The notes under the pieces were generated by a model. The model saw nothing but the letters and a program-made list of their open reading frames with translations, was not told the DNA's origin and did not search any database. DNA of 49,369 nt, from the NCBI GenBank assembly GCA_016841285.1, contig JAENZK010000001.1:1-49369 (forward strand), read 5' to 3'. The translations under genes were made by a program, and so were the position numbers. Shown piece after piece: positions 36,099 through 47,517 of the stretch (position 1 is the stretch's first letter; every line of letters starts with the position of its first letter). Source of the stretch: Guptibacillus hwajinpoensis (GTDB lineage: Bacteria > Bacillota > Bacilli > Bacillales > Bacillaceae_J).

Positions 36099-37628
36099 TC
36101 AATTTCGAATCAGATAGTCAAATGCCCCCAAGGCTGCAGTAGCACCTGATCCCATAGAAATGACGATCTGTTTATATGGATTTGTTGTACAATCACCAGC
36201 AGCGAAGACTCCAGGGATACTTGTCGCACCACGATTATCCACGACAATTTCACCCATACGATTGCGTTCAACTGTGCCTTCGAGCCAATCAGTATTTGGT
36301 ACAAGTCCAATCTGAACAAAGACACCAGCTAATTCAATATGCTTTTCAGCACCTGTGTCACGTTCAACATAGGTAATACCATTAACTTTATCGGTTCCTG
36401 TGATTTCTTTTGTTTGAACATTCTTTAGAACTGTTACATTTGGAAGACTGTACAGCCGCTCTTGAAGAACTGAATCAGCCTTTAACTCTGGCATAAACTC
36501 AAGAACAGTTACATGCTTGACAATACCCGCAAGGTCGATGGCTGCTTCAATGCCAGAATTACCTCCGCCAATAACAGCCACATCTTTTCCTTCAAATAAT
36601 GGACCATCACAGTGAGGGCAGTAGGCAACGCCTTTGTTCTTGTATTCAGCCTCACCTGGTACTCCGACATTGCGCCAACGGGCACCGGTTGATAGAATGA
36701 CCGTTTTACTTTTCAGAACAGCACCGTTTTCCAGTTCAACTTCAATTAAGTCTTTCTTTTCTAAGCTTTTTGCAAGCTGTAAATTCATGATATCAACATT
36801 GTATTCTTTAACATGCTCTTCAAGACTCGCAGCAAGTTTTGGACCTTCTGTATGCTTAACACTAATAAAGTTTTCAATTCCTAATGTATCCAAGATTTGA
36901 CCGCCAAAGCGTTCGGCAACAATCCCCGTGCGAATACCTTTACGTGCTGCATAAACGGCAGCACTTGCTCCTGCAGGTCCGCCGCCGACTACTAGAACAT
37001 CAAAAGGATCTTTATCAGCAAATTCCGATGCATCAGGGGCAGACCCAATCTTAGCTAAAATCTCTTCAAGAGACATACGTCCGCCTCCGAATGATTCACC
37101 ATTTAAGAACACCGTTGGGACGGCCAGGATGTTTCTGCTTTCAGCCTCATCTTTGTAAACTGCACCATCGATCATTGTATGTGAAATATTCGGGTTAAGT
37201 ACACTCATAATATTCAATGCCTGCACAACATCAGGGCAGTTGTGGCAACTTAGGCTAACAAACGTTTCGAAGCGATACTCGCCTTTAATACTTTTAATTT
37301 GCTCAATGACCTTTTGGTCAACCTTTGGAGCCCTTCCGCTAACCTGTAAAAGAGACAATACTAATGAAGTAAATTCATGGCCAAGAGGGATCCCGGCAAA
37401 AGTAATACCCGTATCCTCGCCAATACGATTAACACTAAAACTAGGTGTTCTTTCTAATTGAGTGTGTTCGATTTTAATCCTTGCTGTCATGGTGGACAAT
37501 TCTTCCATCAAAGCAAGCATATCTTTCGATACCTCGTCCGTACCTGCACTAACTTTTAAAAGAATGTCACCCTCCATTAATTGCAAATATTGTTCTAATT
37601 GAGCTTTTATATCAGCATCTAAAATCAT
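36099..37628 (-). CDS. ahpF: Alkyl hydroperoxide reductase subunit F
   Basis: CHNC, GGGPAG, CPHCDG, GGGNSG. Confidence 0.96.
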   Translation of the reverse strand: MILDADIKAQLEQYLQLMEGDILLKVSAGTDEVSKDMLALMEELSTMTARIKIEHTQLERTPSFSVNRIGEDTGITFAGIPLGHEFTSLVLSLLQVSGRAPKVDQKVIEQIKSIKGEYRFETFVSLSCHNCPDVVQALNIMSVLNPNISHTMIDGAVYKDEAESRNILAVPTVFLNGESFGGGRMSLEEILAKIGSAPDASEFADKDPFDVLVVGGGPAGASAAVYAARKGIRTGIVAERFGGQILDTLGIENFISVKHTEGPKLAASLEEHVKEYNVDIMNLQLAKSLEKKDLIEVELENGAVLKSKTVILSTGARWRNVGVPGEAEYKNKGVAYCPHCDGPLFEGKDVAVIGGGNSGIEAAIDLAGIVKHVTVLEFMPELKADSVLQERLYSLPNVTVLKNVQTKEITGTDKVNGITYVERDTGAEKHIELAGVFVQIGLVPNTDWLEGTVERNRMGEIVVDNRGATSIPGVFAAGDCTTNPYKQIVISMGSGATAALGAFDYLIRN

Positions 37629-37685
37629 GTATATGCACTCCTTCCTTAATTTCCGATAAATTAAACTATAATAATTATTAGTAAA

Positions 37686-37700
37686 TTATAATTATTATAA
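37686..37700. promoter_or_regulatory. PerR box upstream of ahpF
   Basis: TTATAATTATTATAA, exact TTATAATNATTATAA. Confidence 0.8.
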
Positions 37701-37858
37701 ATATAAATTTATTATTATATACTTTAAAGCCGTTGTCAATTATTATGATAAAGATATTTAACAATTTAATACAAAAATATTGGGGCAAAAGACATGAATA
37801 AGAGGGAAGGATTTAATTGAGATGTGGATATAGTAATTGAAAAATATGTATCAGAATA

Positions 37859-37901
37859 AAAAAGTCACTCTACGTAAAGTAATACTAGTAGAGTGACTTT
37901 T
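37859..37901. terminator. Terminator between ahpC and ahpF
   Basis: AAAAGTCACTCTAC...GTAGAGTGACTTTT 14-bp IR. Confidence 0.8.
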
Positions 37902-37917
37902 GGCTTGTGTAAGTATA

Positions 37918-38481
37918 TTAGATCTTACCTACAAGATCAAGGCTTGGCTTAAGTGTTTGAGCGCCTTCTTGCCATTTAGCAGGGCAAACTTCACCTGGAT
38001 TGTTACGTACATATTGAGCAGCTTTAATTTTGCTAACAATAGTATTAGCGTCACGGCCAATGCCACCAGCATTAATTTCAAGAGCTTGAACAACTCCGTC
38101 TGGGTCGATGATGAAAGTTCCGCGATCTGCAACACCGTCTTCTTCAATTAGAACGTCGAAGTTACGGCTAAGTTGATGAGAAGGGTCACCAACCATAATA
38201 TATTCGATTTTCTTAATAGTTTCTGAAGTATCATGCCATGCTTTATGAGTGAAGTGAGTATCAGTTGATACAGAATATACTTCAGCTCCAAGTTCTTTTA
38301 GGGTTGCATAGTTATTTTGAAGATCTTCAAGCTCAGTTGGGCAAACGAAAGTGAAGTCTGCAGGGTAGAAGCAAACTATGCTCCATTTTCCTTTGAAATT
38401 TTGCTCAGTTACTTCGATGAATTCTCCGTTATGAAATGCTTGTGCTTTGAATGGTTGTACTTCTTTACCGATTAATGACAT
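37918..38481 (-). CDS. ahpC: Alkyl hydroperoxide reductase subunit C (2-Cys peroxiredoxin)
   Basis: [13 protein letters not shown] and GEVCPAKW; GAGGAGG RBS before ATG 38481. Confidence 0.96.
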   Translation of the reverse strand: MSLIGKEVQPFKAQAFHNGEFIEVTEQNFKGKWSIVCFYPADFTFVCPTELEDLQNNYATLKELGAEVYSVSTDTHFTHKAWHDTSETIKKIEYIMVGDPSHQLSRNFDVLIEEDGVADRGTFIIDPDGVVQALEINAGGIGRDANTIVSKIKAAQYVRNNPGEVCPAKWQEGAQTLKPSLDLVGKI

Positions 38482-38802
38482 AATTAAATTCCTCCTCATA
38501 TTTAATATCTTTTTTAACCAATAATAATTTATTTATAATAAACTATTATCAGTTAATTATATTAATTTTAATTCGATATTTATTATTGTATATTTTATAT
38601 ACTTTGTCAACTAAAATACCTATTTTATCCTAAAATTTTATTTATTAAATCTGATATAAAAGTGATTTTGACGAATAAGAGGGAATTTTGACGAATTATG
38701 TTGGTTTTCAATTAATATTATAAATTCTCAATAAAGTATTTTTAATTTATTTTAGATTTTTGTTAAAAACTAAGTTGATAAACAATAAGGGAGGTTGTTT
38801 TT

Positions 38803-38940
38803 ATGGAAGATAAACAAAATACATTTACAGTTGTAGGAACTAACGTTAATGAAGTAAAAAAACAAAATAAGAACTCTGGTATGTCATATAATGAGGTAAA
38901 AGAATGGCTAGCGAAAAATTTAAATAAAAAAGAAGTCTAA
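38803..38940 (+). CDS. 45-aa small protein, gamma-type SASP-like
   Basis: AAGGGAGG RBS; MEDKQNTFTVVGTNVNEVKKQNKNSGMSYNEVKEWLAKNLNKKEV contains TN-x-x-EVKKQN; below ORF-track cutoff. Confidence 0.7.
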   Translation: MEDKQNTFTVVGTNVNEVKKQNKNSGMSYNEVKEWLAKNLNKKEV

Positions 38941-39020
38941 TTTTTTCGAATTCCTTATTGACTCCAAGCTAATTCTAGGTAAGGATAGTAATATATTTTA
39001 TTTTTTTGTTGGAGGCTATT

Positions 39021-40421
39021 ATGAAATACATTAGTACACGTGGAAATGTAAATGAAATTGGTTTTATTGATACAGTTTTAATGGGACTTGCAACTGACGG
39101 TGGACTTTTAGTTCCTGAACAAATCCCACAAATCCCAGTTGAAAAACTGCAGGCAATGTCCCAGTTATCTTATCAGGAATTAGCATACGAAATCATTTCC
39201 TATTATGTTGATGGGGAAATTCCAGAAGATGAACTTAAAGAACTAATTAATAAAAGCTATGGAACATTCCGCCATCCAGAGGTGACTCCTGTTCAAAAGA
39301 TTAAGGATAATATGTATGTACTAGAATTGTTCCATGGTCCGACCTTCGCTTTTAAAGATGTTGCACTTCAATTTTTAGGCAACTTGTATTCTTATATTGC
39401 TAAGAATACAGGCGTAACGATTAATATTCTTGGTGCTACATCAGGGGATACAGGTGCATCTGCGATTGAAGGAGTAAGAGGGAAAGAAGGAATCCGCATT
39501 TGTATTTTGCATCCTCATGGGAAGGTAAGTAAGGTCCAGGAGTTGCAGATGACGACTGTCAATGATCCAACCGTTTTAAATTTAGCGATTGAAGGTACTT
39601 TTGACGATGGTCAAAGAATTATTAAGGAAATATTCGCTGATTTAGATTTTAAAAATAAATATCATTTGCGTGCAATTAATTCTATTAACTTTGCCCGTAT
39701 ATTAGCGCAAACTGTTTACTATTTCTATGCGTATTTCCAAGTGGCAAAAGAAAAGGATATCAAGAGCCTAAATTTTAGTGTCCCAACTGGAAACTTCGGT
39801 GATATTTTTGCTGGTTATTTAGCGAAGAGAATGGGACTACCTGTAGGAAAACTTATCGTAGCTACAAACGAGAACAATATCTTAGAGCGATTTATCAAGG
39901 ATGGTGTGTACCAGCCAGGTGAATTCCGTGGTACATATAGTCCATCAATGGATATTCAAGTAGCGAGCAATTTCGAACGTTACCTTTATTACTTGCTAGA
40001 TGAAAATCCAAGTGCGGTACGTGAGAGAATGGATCAGTTTAAGACAGAAGGAAAAATTGTTGTGGGAGAAGACCTTCTTCGTCAAGTACAAGCCGATTTT
40101 GCAGCCCATGGTGTAAAAAATGGAGAATGTCTGCAAACGATTAAGACGTACTATGCTGATACTAATTATTTACTTGATCCACATACATCTTGTGGAGTTG
40201 CTGCATATGAGAAAGCAAGTGTACCTGAGGAAGTATGTGTCACTCTATCAACTGCACATCCAGCTAAATTTAATGAAGCGATCGAATTATGCAATATAGA
40301 GCAGACATACCCAGAGCAAATTCAGCAATTGTTTGATAAACCACAATACCTAGAAGTGGTTGAGGCAGATAATGAGGCAATTGCTAGTAGATTAGAGAAA
40401 CTTTTCAGTTCCGCTCAATAA
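39021..40421 (+). CDS. thrC: Threonine synthase (long form)
   Basis: MKYISTRG, ELFHGPTFAFKD (PLP Lys), ATSGDTG, NSINFAR, VPTGNFGD, TAHPAKF. Confidence 0.93.
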   Translation: MKYISTRGNVNEIGFIDTVLMGLATDGGLLVPEQIPQIPVEKLQAMSQLSYQELAYEIISYYVDGEIPEDELKELINKSYGTFRHPEVTPVQKIKDNMYVLELFHGPTFAFKDVALQFLGNLYSYIAKNTGVTINILGATSGDTGASAIEGVRGKEGIRICILHPHGKVSKVQELQMTTVNDPTVLNLAIEGTFDDGQRIIKEIFADLDFKNKYHLRAINSINFARILAQTVYYFYAYFQVAKEKDIKSLNFSVPTGNFGDIFAGYLAKRMGLPVGKLIVATNENNILERFIKDGVYQPGEFRGTYSPSMDIQVASNFERYLYYLLDENPSAVRERMDQFKTEGKIVVGEDLLRQVQADFAAHGVKNGECLQTIKTYYADTNYLLDPHTSCGVAAYEKASVPEEVCVTLSTAHPAKFNEAIELCNIEQTYPEQIQQLFDKPQYLEVVEADNEAIASRLEKLFSSAQ

Positions 40422-40440
40422 AAATATTAACATTACGATT

Positions 40441-40474
40441 AAACACTTGCAAAATAACTGCAAGTGTTTTTTTG
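40441..40474 (+). terminator. Intrinsic terminator
   Basis: AAACACTTGCA...TGCAAGTGTTT followed by T run. Confidence 0.85.
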
Positions 40475-40846
40475 TAGTTAGTTTCCCTGAAATGAAAACG
40501 TTTAATAAAAATTTACAAAAAAAATGCTAGAAATATATAATTTTTTTTTGATATAGTAAGCAAACCGGCTGGTATAAGGGGGTGTACCCTGGTAGAGGAA
40601 ACATAAATCGCCGAAAATCAACATCGCGAAAATGCTTAGCCTTAAATATGGCATTATCAAATATTATGGAACAATTTTTACTTAAAGCAGCTACTGTGCA
40701 GTGGCTAACAACTGGCTTATGACGAATGTTCTTTTACTTATATTCCCAATCCACAAACGTGGAGTTGTAATGGGGATTGCACTAAAATACACTTCAATAT
40801 AAGATTGATTCTATAGAAGAACAAAGCTAATAAGGGGGTATCTATT

Positions 40847-41761
40847 TTGAATTTAGACAAAAGCACTTTCTTGAACGAGTATCATTTTACTGAAGAATAC
40901 CTCAATCAATATAATATTGATTGGGGAAATCTCATGCTTATTTACAATGACTATCTATACCTTAAACCCCAATTAGAAACACAAGCCAACTATATTGCTG
41001 ATGTTTTTCGGAAGCATAAAAATGTTCATACGGTTAAATCAAGGGTAAAAGAACCGAAGCACTTAGTAGCAAAACTAATAAGGAAAACTTCTGACAGGCA
41101 GAAGACTTATGGAAAAGAATTTCAATTTTCGGTAGAGAATTACAGAAAAGAAATAACAGATTTGATTGGAGTACGTGTCATCCACATATTTAAAGAGGAC
41201 TGGGAAAATATACATAATTTTATTAAAGAAACGTGGGAAACCATTGAAATAGTTGCTAATATAAGAGATGGTGATAATAAAGAACCTTATGAAAATTTGG
41301 GGTTATCTATCAAATCAAGAGAATCAGGTTATCGTTCCGTTCATTATCTAGTTAATTTTACCCCAACTCGTCAAAATGTGATTGCAGAGATACAAGTAAG
41401 AACCATTTTCGAGGAAGGATATGGTGAAATTGATCATCAATTGAGATATCCAAGTAATGATATCCCAACAGTGTTAGCATTAAATCTCTTAGTGCTTAAT
41501 CGTCTTGCAGGTAGTGCCGATGAATTATCATCAGTAGTAAAATTACTAAATGATAGTTGGAATGAAATGGGGCATGAATACAAAGCAATTATTGAAAAGA
41601 AGGATAAAGAGTTAAAAAAATTAAAATCAAGAATAGAAAAACTTGAAATAGACGAATCAGAAAAAAAATCACTCGTTTCAGATATAAGTAATATTCTTGT
41701 TCAAGAGCTTTCTGATGATATATTGAGTTTTTCAGACAAACTTAAAGATATTACTGGATAA
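40847..41761 (+). CDS. RelA/SpoT synthetase-domain protein (small alarmone synthetase) with C-terminal coiled coil
   Basis: SRVK, DLIGVRVIH, SGYRSVHY, EIQVRT, EIDHQLRY; AAGGGGG RBS, TTG start. Confidence 0.88.
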   Translation: MNLDKSTFLNEYHFTEEYLNQYNIDWGNLMLIYNDYLYLKPQLETQANYIADVFRKHKNVHTVKSRVKEPKHLVAKLIRKTSDRQKTYGKEFQFSVENYRKEITDLIGVRVIHIFKEDWENIHNFIKETWETIEIVANIRDGDNKEPYENLGLSIKSRESGYRSVHYLVNFTPTRQNVIAEIQVRTIFEEGYGEIDHQLRYPSNDIPTVLALNLLVLNRLAGSADELSSVVKLLNDSWNEMGHEYKAIIEKKDKELKKLKSRIEKLEIDESEKKSLVSDISNILVQELSDDILSFSDKLKDITG

Positions 41762-41781
41762 AAAAAGATTAGCCATTCAAG

Positions 41782-42534
41782 CTAATCTTTTTTCTTTAAC
41801 GCTTCCTGTAAAATTTGGTTTGCTTCTTCTACACTTTCTTTAGTAGGAGGTTCAACATCTTTTAGAGGATACTCGATGCCTAATGTTTCCCATTTGTATA
41901 TGCCTAATTTATGATAGGGGAGCACCTCGATCTTTTGTATATTGTTTAGTGTTTTAATGAATGCAGACAACTGCTTTAAATCTTCGCGATTATCTGATAT
42001 TCCAGGAACTAGAACATGTCTAATCCATACCGGAATTTGATGTTGGGACAGCCAGTTTGCAAAATCCAAAATATGGGCATTACTTTTTCCAGTTAACTTT
42101 AAATGTTTTTCCTCATTGATTTGTTTTAAGTCTAGCAATATTAAATCAGTAACCTTCATTAATTCTTCAAGACGTGAAAGAAATGTAGGAGAGCGGCTAA
42201 AGCATCCGCCAGAACTGTCAATGGTTGTATGGATACCGATTTTTTTACATTCCTTAAATAATTCTATCAAAAAATCAATTTGTAAAAGAGGTTCACCTCC
42301 AGATACTGTCACGCCGCCTCCTGAGAACTTCATATAAGGAATATAGCTTTTCATATCTTGAATTAATTCAGAAACTGTCATTTCATTGCCTTTGCCGATT
42401 TCCCATGTATCGGGATTGTGGCAAAATTGGCAGCGTAATAGGCATCCTTGCGTAAAGATCACATAACGTATACCTGGTCCATCGACAGTTCCGCATGTTT
42501 CAATTGAATGGATTCGTCCTTTCACAACTCCCAC
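41782..42534 (-). CDS. pflA: Pyruvate formate-lyase activating enzyme
   Basis: [20 protein letters not shown] radical-SAM motif, SGGEP, LPYH. Confidence 0.95.
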   Translation of the reverse strand: MGVVKGRIHSIETCGTVDGPGIRYVIFTQGCLLRCQFCHNPDTWEIGKGNEMTVSELIQDMKSYIPYMKFSGGGVTVSGGEPLLQIDFLIELFKECKKIGIHTTIDSSGGCFSRSPTFLSRLEELMKVTDLILLDLKQINEEKHLKLTGKSNAHILDFANWLSQHQIPVWIRHVLVPGISDNREDLKQLSAFIKTLNNIQKIEVLPYHKLGIYKWETLGIEYPLKDVEPPTKESVEEANQILQEALKKKD

Positions 42535-42548
42535 CTACTTATTTATAA

Positions 42549-42697
42549 TGTCTTGCTACAGCCACCCAGCGCCTAGCGAGACTTCCTTCACCTCCGTACG
42601 ATAAGTCAACATCGCCGCACTTTGTTCAGCGTGTTTCCTTTATCTCCTTCGGCTCAGTCCAGTCCGAACGGAGCTAAGCGGGTGGCTTCAGCTTTTC
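42549..42697. repeat. ~150-bp GC-rich interspersed element between pflB and pflA
   Basis: Terminal AGCCACCC/GGGTGGCT IR, internal GATAAG...TTTATC; resembles a Bacillus intergenic repeat family as I recall it. Confidence 0.6.
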
Positions 42698-44923
42698 TTA
42701 CAGGCTAGCATGGAACGTACGATTAATTACATCAATTTGTTGCTCGCGTGTTAATTTGATAAAGTTTACAGCATAACCAGAAACCCGAATAGTTAATTGG
42801 GGGTATTTTTCCGGATGTTCCATAGCGTCCATTAATGTCTCGCGGTTAAATACATTAATATTTAAATGGTGACCTTTATTCATAGCGTATCCGTCTAAGA
42901 TGGCGACTAAATTAGAAATCTGTGTTTCTTCTTCTTTACCTAATGCCTTTGGAACAATTGAGAATGTATTAGAAATACCATCTAATGAATAATCATAAGG
43001 TAATTTTGCAACAGAATTTAAAGATGCAATTGCCCCTTTTTTATCTCTCCCGTGAAGTGGGTTAGCACCAGGTGCGAATGGTTCACCGGCACGACGTCCG
43101 TCAGGCGTGTTACCTGTTTTTTTACCATAAACGACATTAGATGTGATCGTTAAAATTGACATGGTTGTAACTGAGTTACGGTATGTTCTATGCTTTTTCA
43201 ACTTTCTCATAAAAGTTTTTACCAGGTTAACGGCAATTTCATCAACTCGATCATCGTTGTTACCATACTGTGGATATTCGCCTTCAATCTCAAAATCGAC
43301 AATAAGTCCATTTTCATCACGGATCGTTTTAACTTTAGCATGCTTAATCGCACTTAAAGAGTCAGCTGCAACTGATAAACCTGCGATACCTGTCGCCATT
43401 GTGCGAAGAATTTCTTTGTCATGCAATGCCATTTCAATTCTTTCATAAGCATACTTATCATGCATGTAATGGATAATGTTTAGAGTATTGATATAGAGTT
43501 CAGCTAACCAATCCATCATTGTATCGTATTTATCTAATACTTCTTCGTAATTAAGGTATTCTGATGTAACTGGTGCATAAGCAGGTGCAACCTGTAGCTT
43601 AATCTTTTCATCTACGCCACCATTGATTGCATAAAGTAATGCTTTTGCTAGGTTAGCTCGTGCACCGAAGAATTGCATTTGCTTACCAATTCTCATGGCG
43701 GATACACAGCAAGCAATTCCATAGTCATCTCCGAATTGGGCTCTCATTATATCGTCATTCTCATATTGAATAGAGCTAGTTTTGATAGACATTTTTGCAC
43801 AGAATTTTTTAAAGTTTGCTGGTAATAGGTTAGACCATAAAACAGTTAGGTTTGGCTCGGGAGCAGGTCCTAAATTTTCCAATGTGTGTAAGAAACGGAA
43901 TGAATTCTTTGTTACTAATGGACGACCGTCAATACTAACACCACCGATTGATTCAGTTACCCAAGTAGGGTCGCCGCTGAATAAGTCGTTATAATCAGGT
44001 GTTCTTGCAAATTTAACTAAACGTAACTTCATGATGAAGTGGTCAACTAATTCCTGCGCTTCAACTTCTGTTATTGTACCGTTATCCAAGTCTCTTTCAA
44101 TATAAATATCTAAGAATGTAGAAACACGTCCTAAGCTCATTGCTGCTCCATTTTGTTCCTTAATGGCAGCTAAATAAGCAAAATATAACCATTGAAATGC
44201 TTCCTGGGCAGTTGTTGCAGGAACAGAAATGTCAAAGCCGTACATTTTTGCCATTTCTTTTAGTTCCTGTAAAGCTTTAATTTGTTCAGCGATTTCTTCA
44301 CGTTCGCGAATGATTTCTTCACTCATAGTTTTTCCGGTAAAAGTTAAGTCTTTTTTCTTCTCTTCGATTAGGAAGTCTACACCGTATAATGCAACTCGGC
44401 GGTAGTCGCCAATAATTCTTCCGCGACCATAAGCATCTGGAAGACCAGTTATGATACCAGCTTTTCGAGCCATTTTCATTTCATCGGTATATGCATCAAA
44501 AACTCCCTGGTTATGCGTTTTACGATATTTAGTAAAAGTTTCAATGATTTCATCACTAACACTATAACCGTAAGCTTTGTTAGCATCGACTGCCATTCTG
44601 ATGCCACCAAATGGTTGAAGGGAGCGTTTGAAAGGTTTGTCCGTTTGAACCCCGACAATTCTTTCTAATTCTTTGTTTAGAAATCCTGGATTATGCGAAA
44701 CAATGGTTGAAACAATATCGGTATCCATGTCTAGGACGCCGCCGTTTTCGCGCTCTTGTTTGGTTAACGTCATTACTTGTTCCCAAAGCTTGTTCGTATT
44801 TTCTGTTGGATCTGCTAAGAATTGTTCGTCGCCTTCATAAGCTTTATAGTTTTTTTGGATAAAGTCTCTTACATCAACTTCTTTATTCCAAGTACCATTT
44901 ACAAAACCTTCCCATGCTTTCAT
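42698..44923 (-). CDS. pflB: Formate C-acetyltransferase (pyruvate formate-lyase)
   Basis: [29 protein letters not shown] glycyl radical. Confidence 0.97.
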   Translation of the reverse strand: MKAWEGFVNGTWNKEVDVRDFIQKNYKAYEGDEQFLADPTENTNKLWEQVMTLTKQERENGGVLDMDTDIVSTIVSHNPGFLNKELERIVGVQTDKPFKRSLQPFGGIRMAVDANKAYGYSVSDEIIETFTKYRKTHNQGVFDAYTDEMKMARKAGIITGLPDAYGRGRIIGDYRRVALYGVDFLIEEKKKDLTFTGKTMSEEIIREREEIAEQIKALQELKEMAKMYGFDISVPATTAQEAFQWLYFAYLAAIKEQNGAAMSLGRVSTFLDIYIERDLDNGTITEVEAQELVDHFIMKLRLVKFARTPDYNDLFSGDPTWVTESIGGVSIDGRPLVTKNSFRFLHTLENLGPAPEPNLTVLWSNLLPANFKKFCAKMSIKTSSIQYENDDIMRAQFGDDYGIACCVSAMRIGKQMQFFGARANLAKALLYAINGGVDEKIKLQVAPAYAPVTSEYLNYEEVLDKYDTMMDWLAELYINTLNIIHYMHDKYAYERIEMALHDKEILRTMATGIAGLSVAADSLSAIKHAKVKTIRDENGLIVDFEIEGEYPQYGNNDDRVDEIAVNLVKTFMRKLKKHRTYRNSVTTMSILTITSNVVYGKKTGNTPDGRRAGEPFAPGANPLHGRDKKGAIASLNSVAKLPYDYSLDGISNTFSIVPKALGKEEETQISNLVAILDGYAMNKGHHLNINVFNRETLMDAMEHPEKYPQLTIRVSGYAVNFIKLTREQQIDVINRTFHASL

Positions 44924-44978
44924 AAAAGCATCCTCCTAAAATGTTGTTTTTCAAGATGATATTCTAATATTTATATAT

Positions 44979-44996
44979 ATGTGAACTTTTTCACAT
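44979..44996. promoter_or_regulatory. Rex/Fnr-type palindrome upstream of pflB
   Basis: ATGTGAA-CTTT-TTCACAT (TGTGA-N6-TCACA). Confidence 0.8.
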
Positions 44997-45321
44997 AATA
45001 AACTAAAAAAATAGTGAAGATTTGGTTTTAAGATTACTCATCTTCTGTATCTATAATAACGCTTCTTTGTACTAATGGTTATAGATAATTTAAAACATTT
45101 TATGAACAAATTTAAAATTGGATCAAATCCCCAAATTGGGACGTTTTCATTTAGTTTTTTATTTAGGAGAAGTAACTGTTCATTGAAAAAACAGAAACTG
45201 TATTATGAAAATCCGATGCACTGTACTAACAAAAGGATTGGTTTACCGGGGAACTGGAAAGGGCTGCCCATATGTCATTCTTGACTTTTTGGGCAGCCCC
45301 TTTATTAATAAAATCTTTTAT

Positions 45322-47364
45322 TTACAAAACTTTTTCTACATCTACCCGTCCAGAGAAAAACGTTGCTCCACCACCAAGGTCTGCTATGCGGTCAGGGGTG
45401 AGGGAGTTGAGGTGGTGCTTCGTACCAGGTCGGTCGCTCCACAATCCTTGGGTAGCAACTACCCCTGGTAATACATTTTCACCTACAGAAACTTTTAGCT
45501 TGCAATCACCGCGATCATTCCAAACTCGAACCACATCCCCATCCTCAATACTTCTTGATAATGCATCCTGAATATTTATATGCAATTTTGGTTCTTTTTC
45601 TAAACTTACGTGTTTTTCATTGTTAGAAAAAGTAGAGTTTAAGAAATTGTGATTAGGTGCCGGCACAAATTGTAATGGAAAATCCCCGTCATCACACAAT
45701 GGGATATAAGTTGGCAACGGTGGAAGTCCCACATCCGCCATCATTTGTGAATATAGCTCGATTTTCCCACTTGGTGTTTCCAGCTTCCCAGGGAATAATG
45801 GTTTCAAGTTTGCTTTAACATATTTCTTCTCGGCCAACATTTCATACGTTATACCTTCTATATAAGGATTACCAGTATTTTTAAGTGCTCCTGTAATTAG
45901 TTCTACGTCTGTTTCAAAAAGAGCTGGATCTTCAAAACCCATTGCTTTTGCCAAGAGCCTAAATACATCTGTGTTTGGTTTTGATTCACCATACGCTTCG
46001 ATAACCGGCTCCTGAATCTGGATGTGGTTATGCCAATAGGAACAATAAAAATCCGTATTCTCATAAGAAGAAGTCGCTGGTAGAATGATATCCGCGTATT
46101 TGGCTGTTTCTGTTAAAAATAAATCATGAACGACTAAAAATAAATCTTCCTGCTCTAATCCTTGTCGGACCTTACTTCCGGATGGAGCGACGACGGCTGG
46201 GTTACTTTGGTAAACGTACATTGACTTAATCGGTTTTTCTAATGAAAGCAGTGCCTCGCCAATGGCATTCATATTGATAACGCGGGTATTCTTATTTTTT
46301 AATAAATCAGGTTGTTGTAACCATGTTTCATTATATTCCAAATAACTAGAATTAGATTTAATTGCACCACCGCCTCTATGCAGCCATTGGCCAGTCAGTG
46401 CAGGGAGGCAGGCAATCGTTCTAACGCACATGCCACCGTTATCATGATGCTGAATACCATTTCCAATTCGAATAAAGGAAGGGGAGGTTTCAGCATACAG
46501 CCTTGCAAGTCTGTAAATATCTTCTTCTGGAACCCCGGTAATTTTAGAAACAGCACCTGGAGTATATTGAACCACATGGTCCCGAAGCTCAACGTGACCA
46601 ATTGTATATTCATGTAGAAATGTTTCATCTACCAGATTTTCTTCGAATAGTATATGCATCATTCCTAAGGCAAGCGCTGCATCAGTTCCTGGTAAAATCG
46701 GAATAAACCAATCTGCCATTCTGCCAGTTTGGTTTTTATGGACATCAATCACTACAATTTTAGCTCCATTTTTACGAGCTTTCTGGGCTATTGCCCATTG
46801 GTGCATATTCGTGCTGACTGCATTGATTCCCCAAAATATGAATAATTTTGCATGAAGGGTATCAACAGGATCTACTCCAAAGCTGCAGCCCATTGTATAT
46901 TTATAACCCATTGTACCGGCTGTACTGCAGATCGTTCGATCTAGCTGTGAGGCTCCTAACCGGTGAAAGAAGCGGCGGTCCATTCCTTCCGCACTAAGAT
47001 TTCCCATATTCCCATAGAAGCTGTAGGGAATGATACTTTCAGGGCCATCTGTTTCGATAAGCCCTTTCCAATGAGTAGTGATCTCTTGGATTGCTTCGTT
47101 CCAGCTAATACGCCTAAATGTTCCTTCTCCTTTTTTACCAACACGCTTTAATGGATATTGTAATCGCTTTTCATCATAGAGCCTTTCAGGAACATTCCTT
47201 ACTTTATTGCAGATATTTCCCTTTGTAACAGGGTGGTTTGGATCGCCCTCAACCTTAATTATTTTTCCATCCTTTTTATGGATTAGGAGTCCACATTGAT
47301 CTGGACAATCAAGAGAGCAGACTGATGGAAAAATTCCGTCCTTCTGATTAGCATAGGTATTCAT
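45322..47364 (-). CDS. Molybdopterin oxidoreductase (YoaE-like, DMSO reductase superfamily)
   Basis: CSLDCPDQC...C.K Fe-S motif, RTICS, PGTDAALA, ADIILPA, FLNSTF. Confidence 0.9.
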   Translation of the reverse strand: MNTYANQKDGIFPSVCSLDCPDQCGLLIHKKDGKIIKVEGDPNHPVTKGNICNKVRNVPERLYDEKRLQYPLKRVGKKGEGTFRRISWNEAIQEITTHWKGLIETDGPESIIPYSFYGNMGNLSAEGMDRRFFHRLGASQLDRTICSTAGTMGYKYTMGCSFGVDPVDTLHAKLFIFWGINAVSTNMHQWAIAQKARKNGAKIVVIDVHKNQTGRMADWFIPILPGTDAALALGMMHILFEENLVDETFLHEYTIGHVELRDHVVQYTPGAVSKITGVPEEDIYRLARLYAETSPSFIRIGNGIQHHDNGGMCVRTIACLPALTGQWLHRGGGAIKSNSSYLEYNETWLQQPDLLKNKNTRVINMNAIGEALLSLEKPIKSMYVYQSNPAVVAPSGSKVRQGLEQEDLFLVVHDLFLTETAKYADIILPATSSYENTDFYCSYWHNHIQIQEPVIEAYGESKPNTDVFRLLAKAMGFEDPALFETDVELITGALKNTGNPYIEGITYEMLAEKKYVKANLKPLFPGKLETPSGKIELYSQMMADVGLPPLPTYIPLCDDGDFPLQFVPAPNHNFLNSTFSNNEKHVSLEKEPKLHINIQDALSRSIEDGDVVRVWNDRGDCKLKVSVGENVLPGVVATQGLWSDRPGTKHHLNSLTPDRIADLGGGATFFSGRVDVEKVL

Positions 47365-47517
47365 TGAAAGCTCTCCTTCCTATATTTTTTTAGTTTATTA
47401 ATCTTTCATTATTGGTAATAGTACAAATTATACTACAAAATATAACTATTTGTTGATTCATGGCATAAGTTTTTTAGGTTCTCACATATTCATTAGTAAA
47501 GAGGTGATTACACAGTG

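Noticed and set aside
47463-47495. Sporulation sigma promoter (GCATA...CATATTC) before the MalT-like gene
   Set aside because: Spacing and -10 fit are ambiguous between sigma-E and sigma-G; too weak to call.
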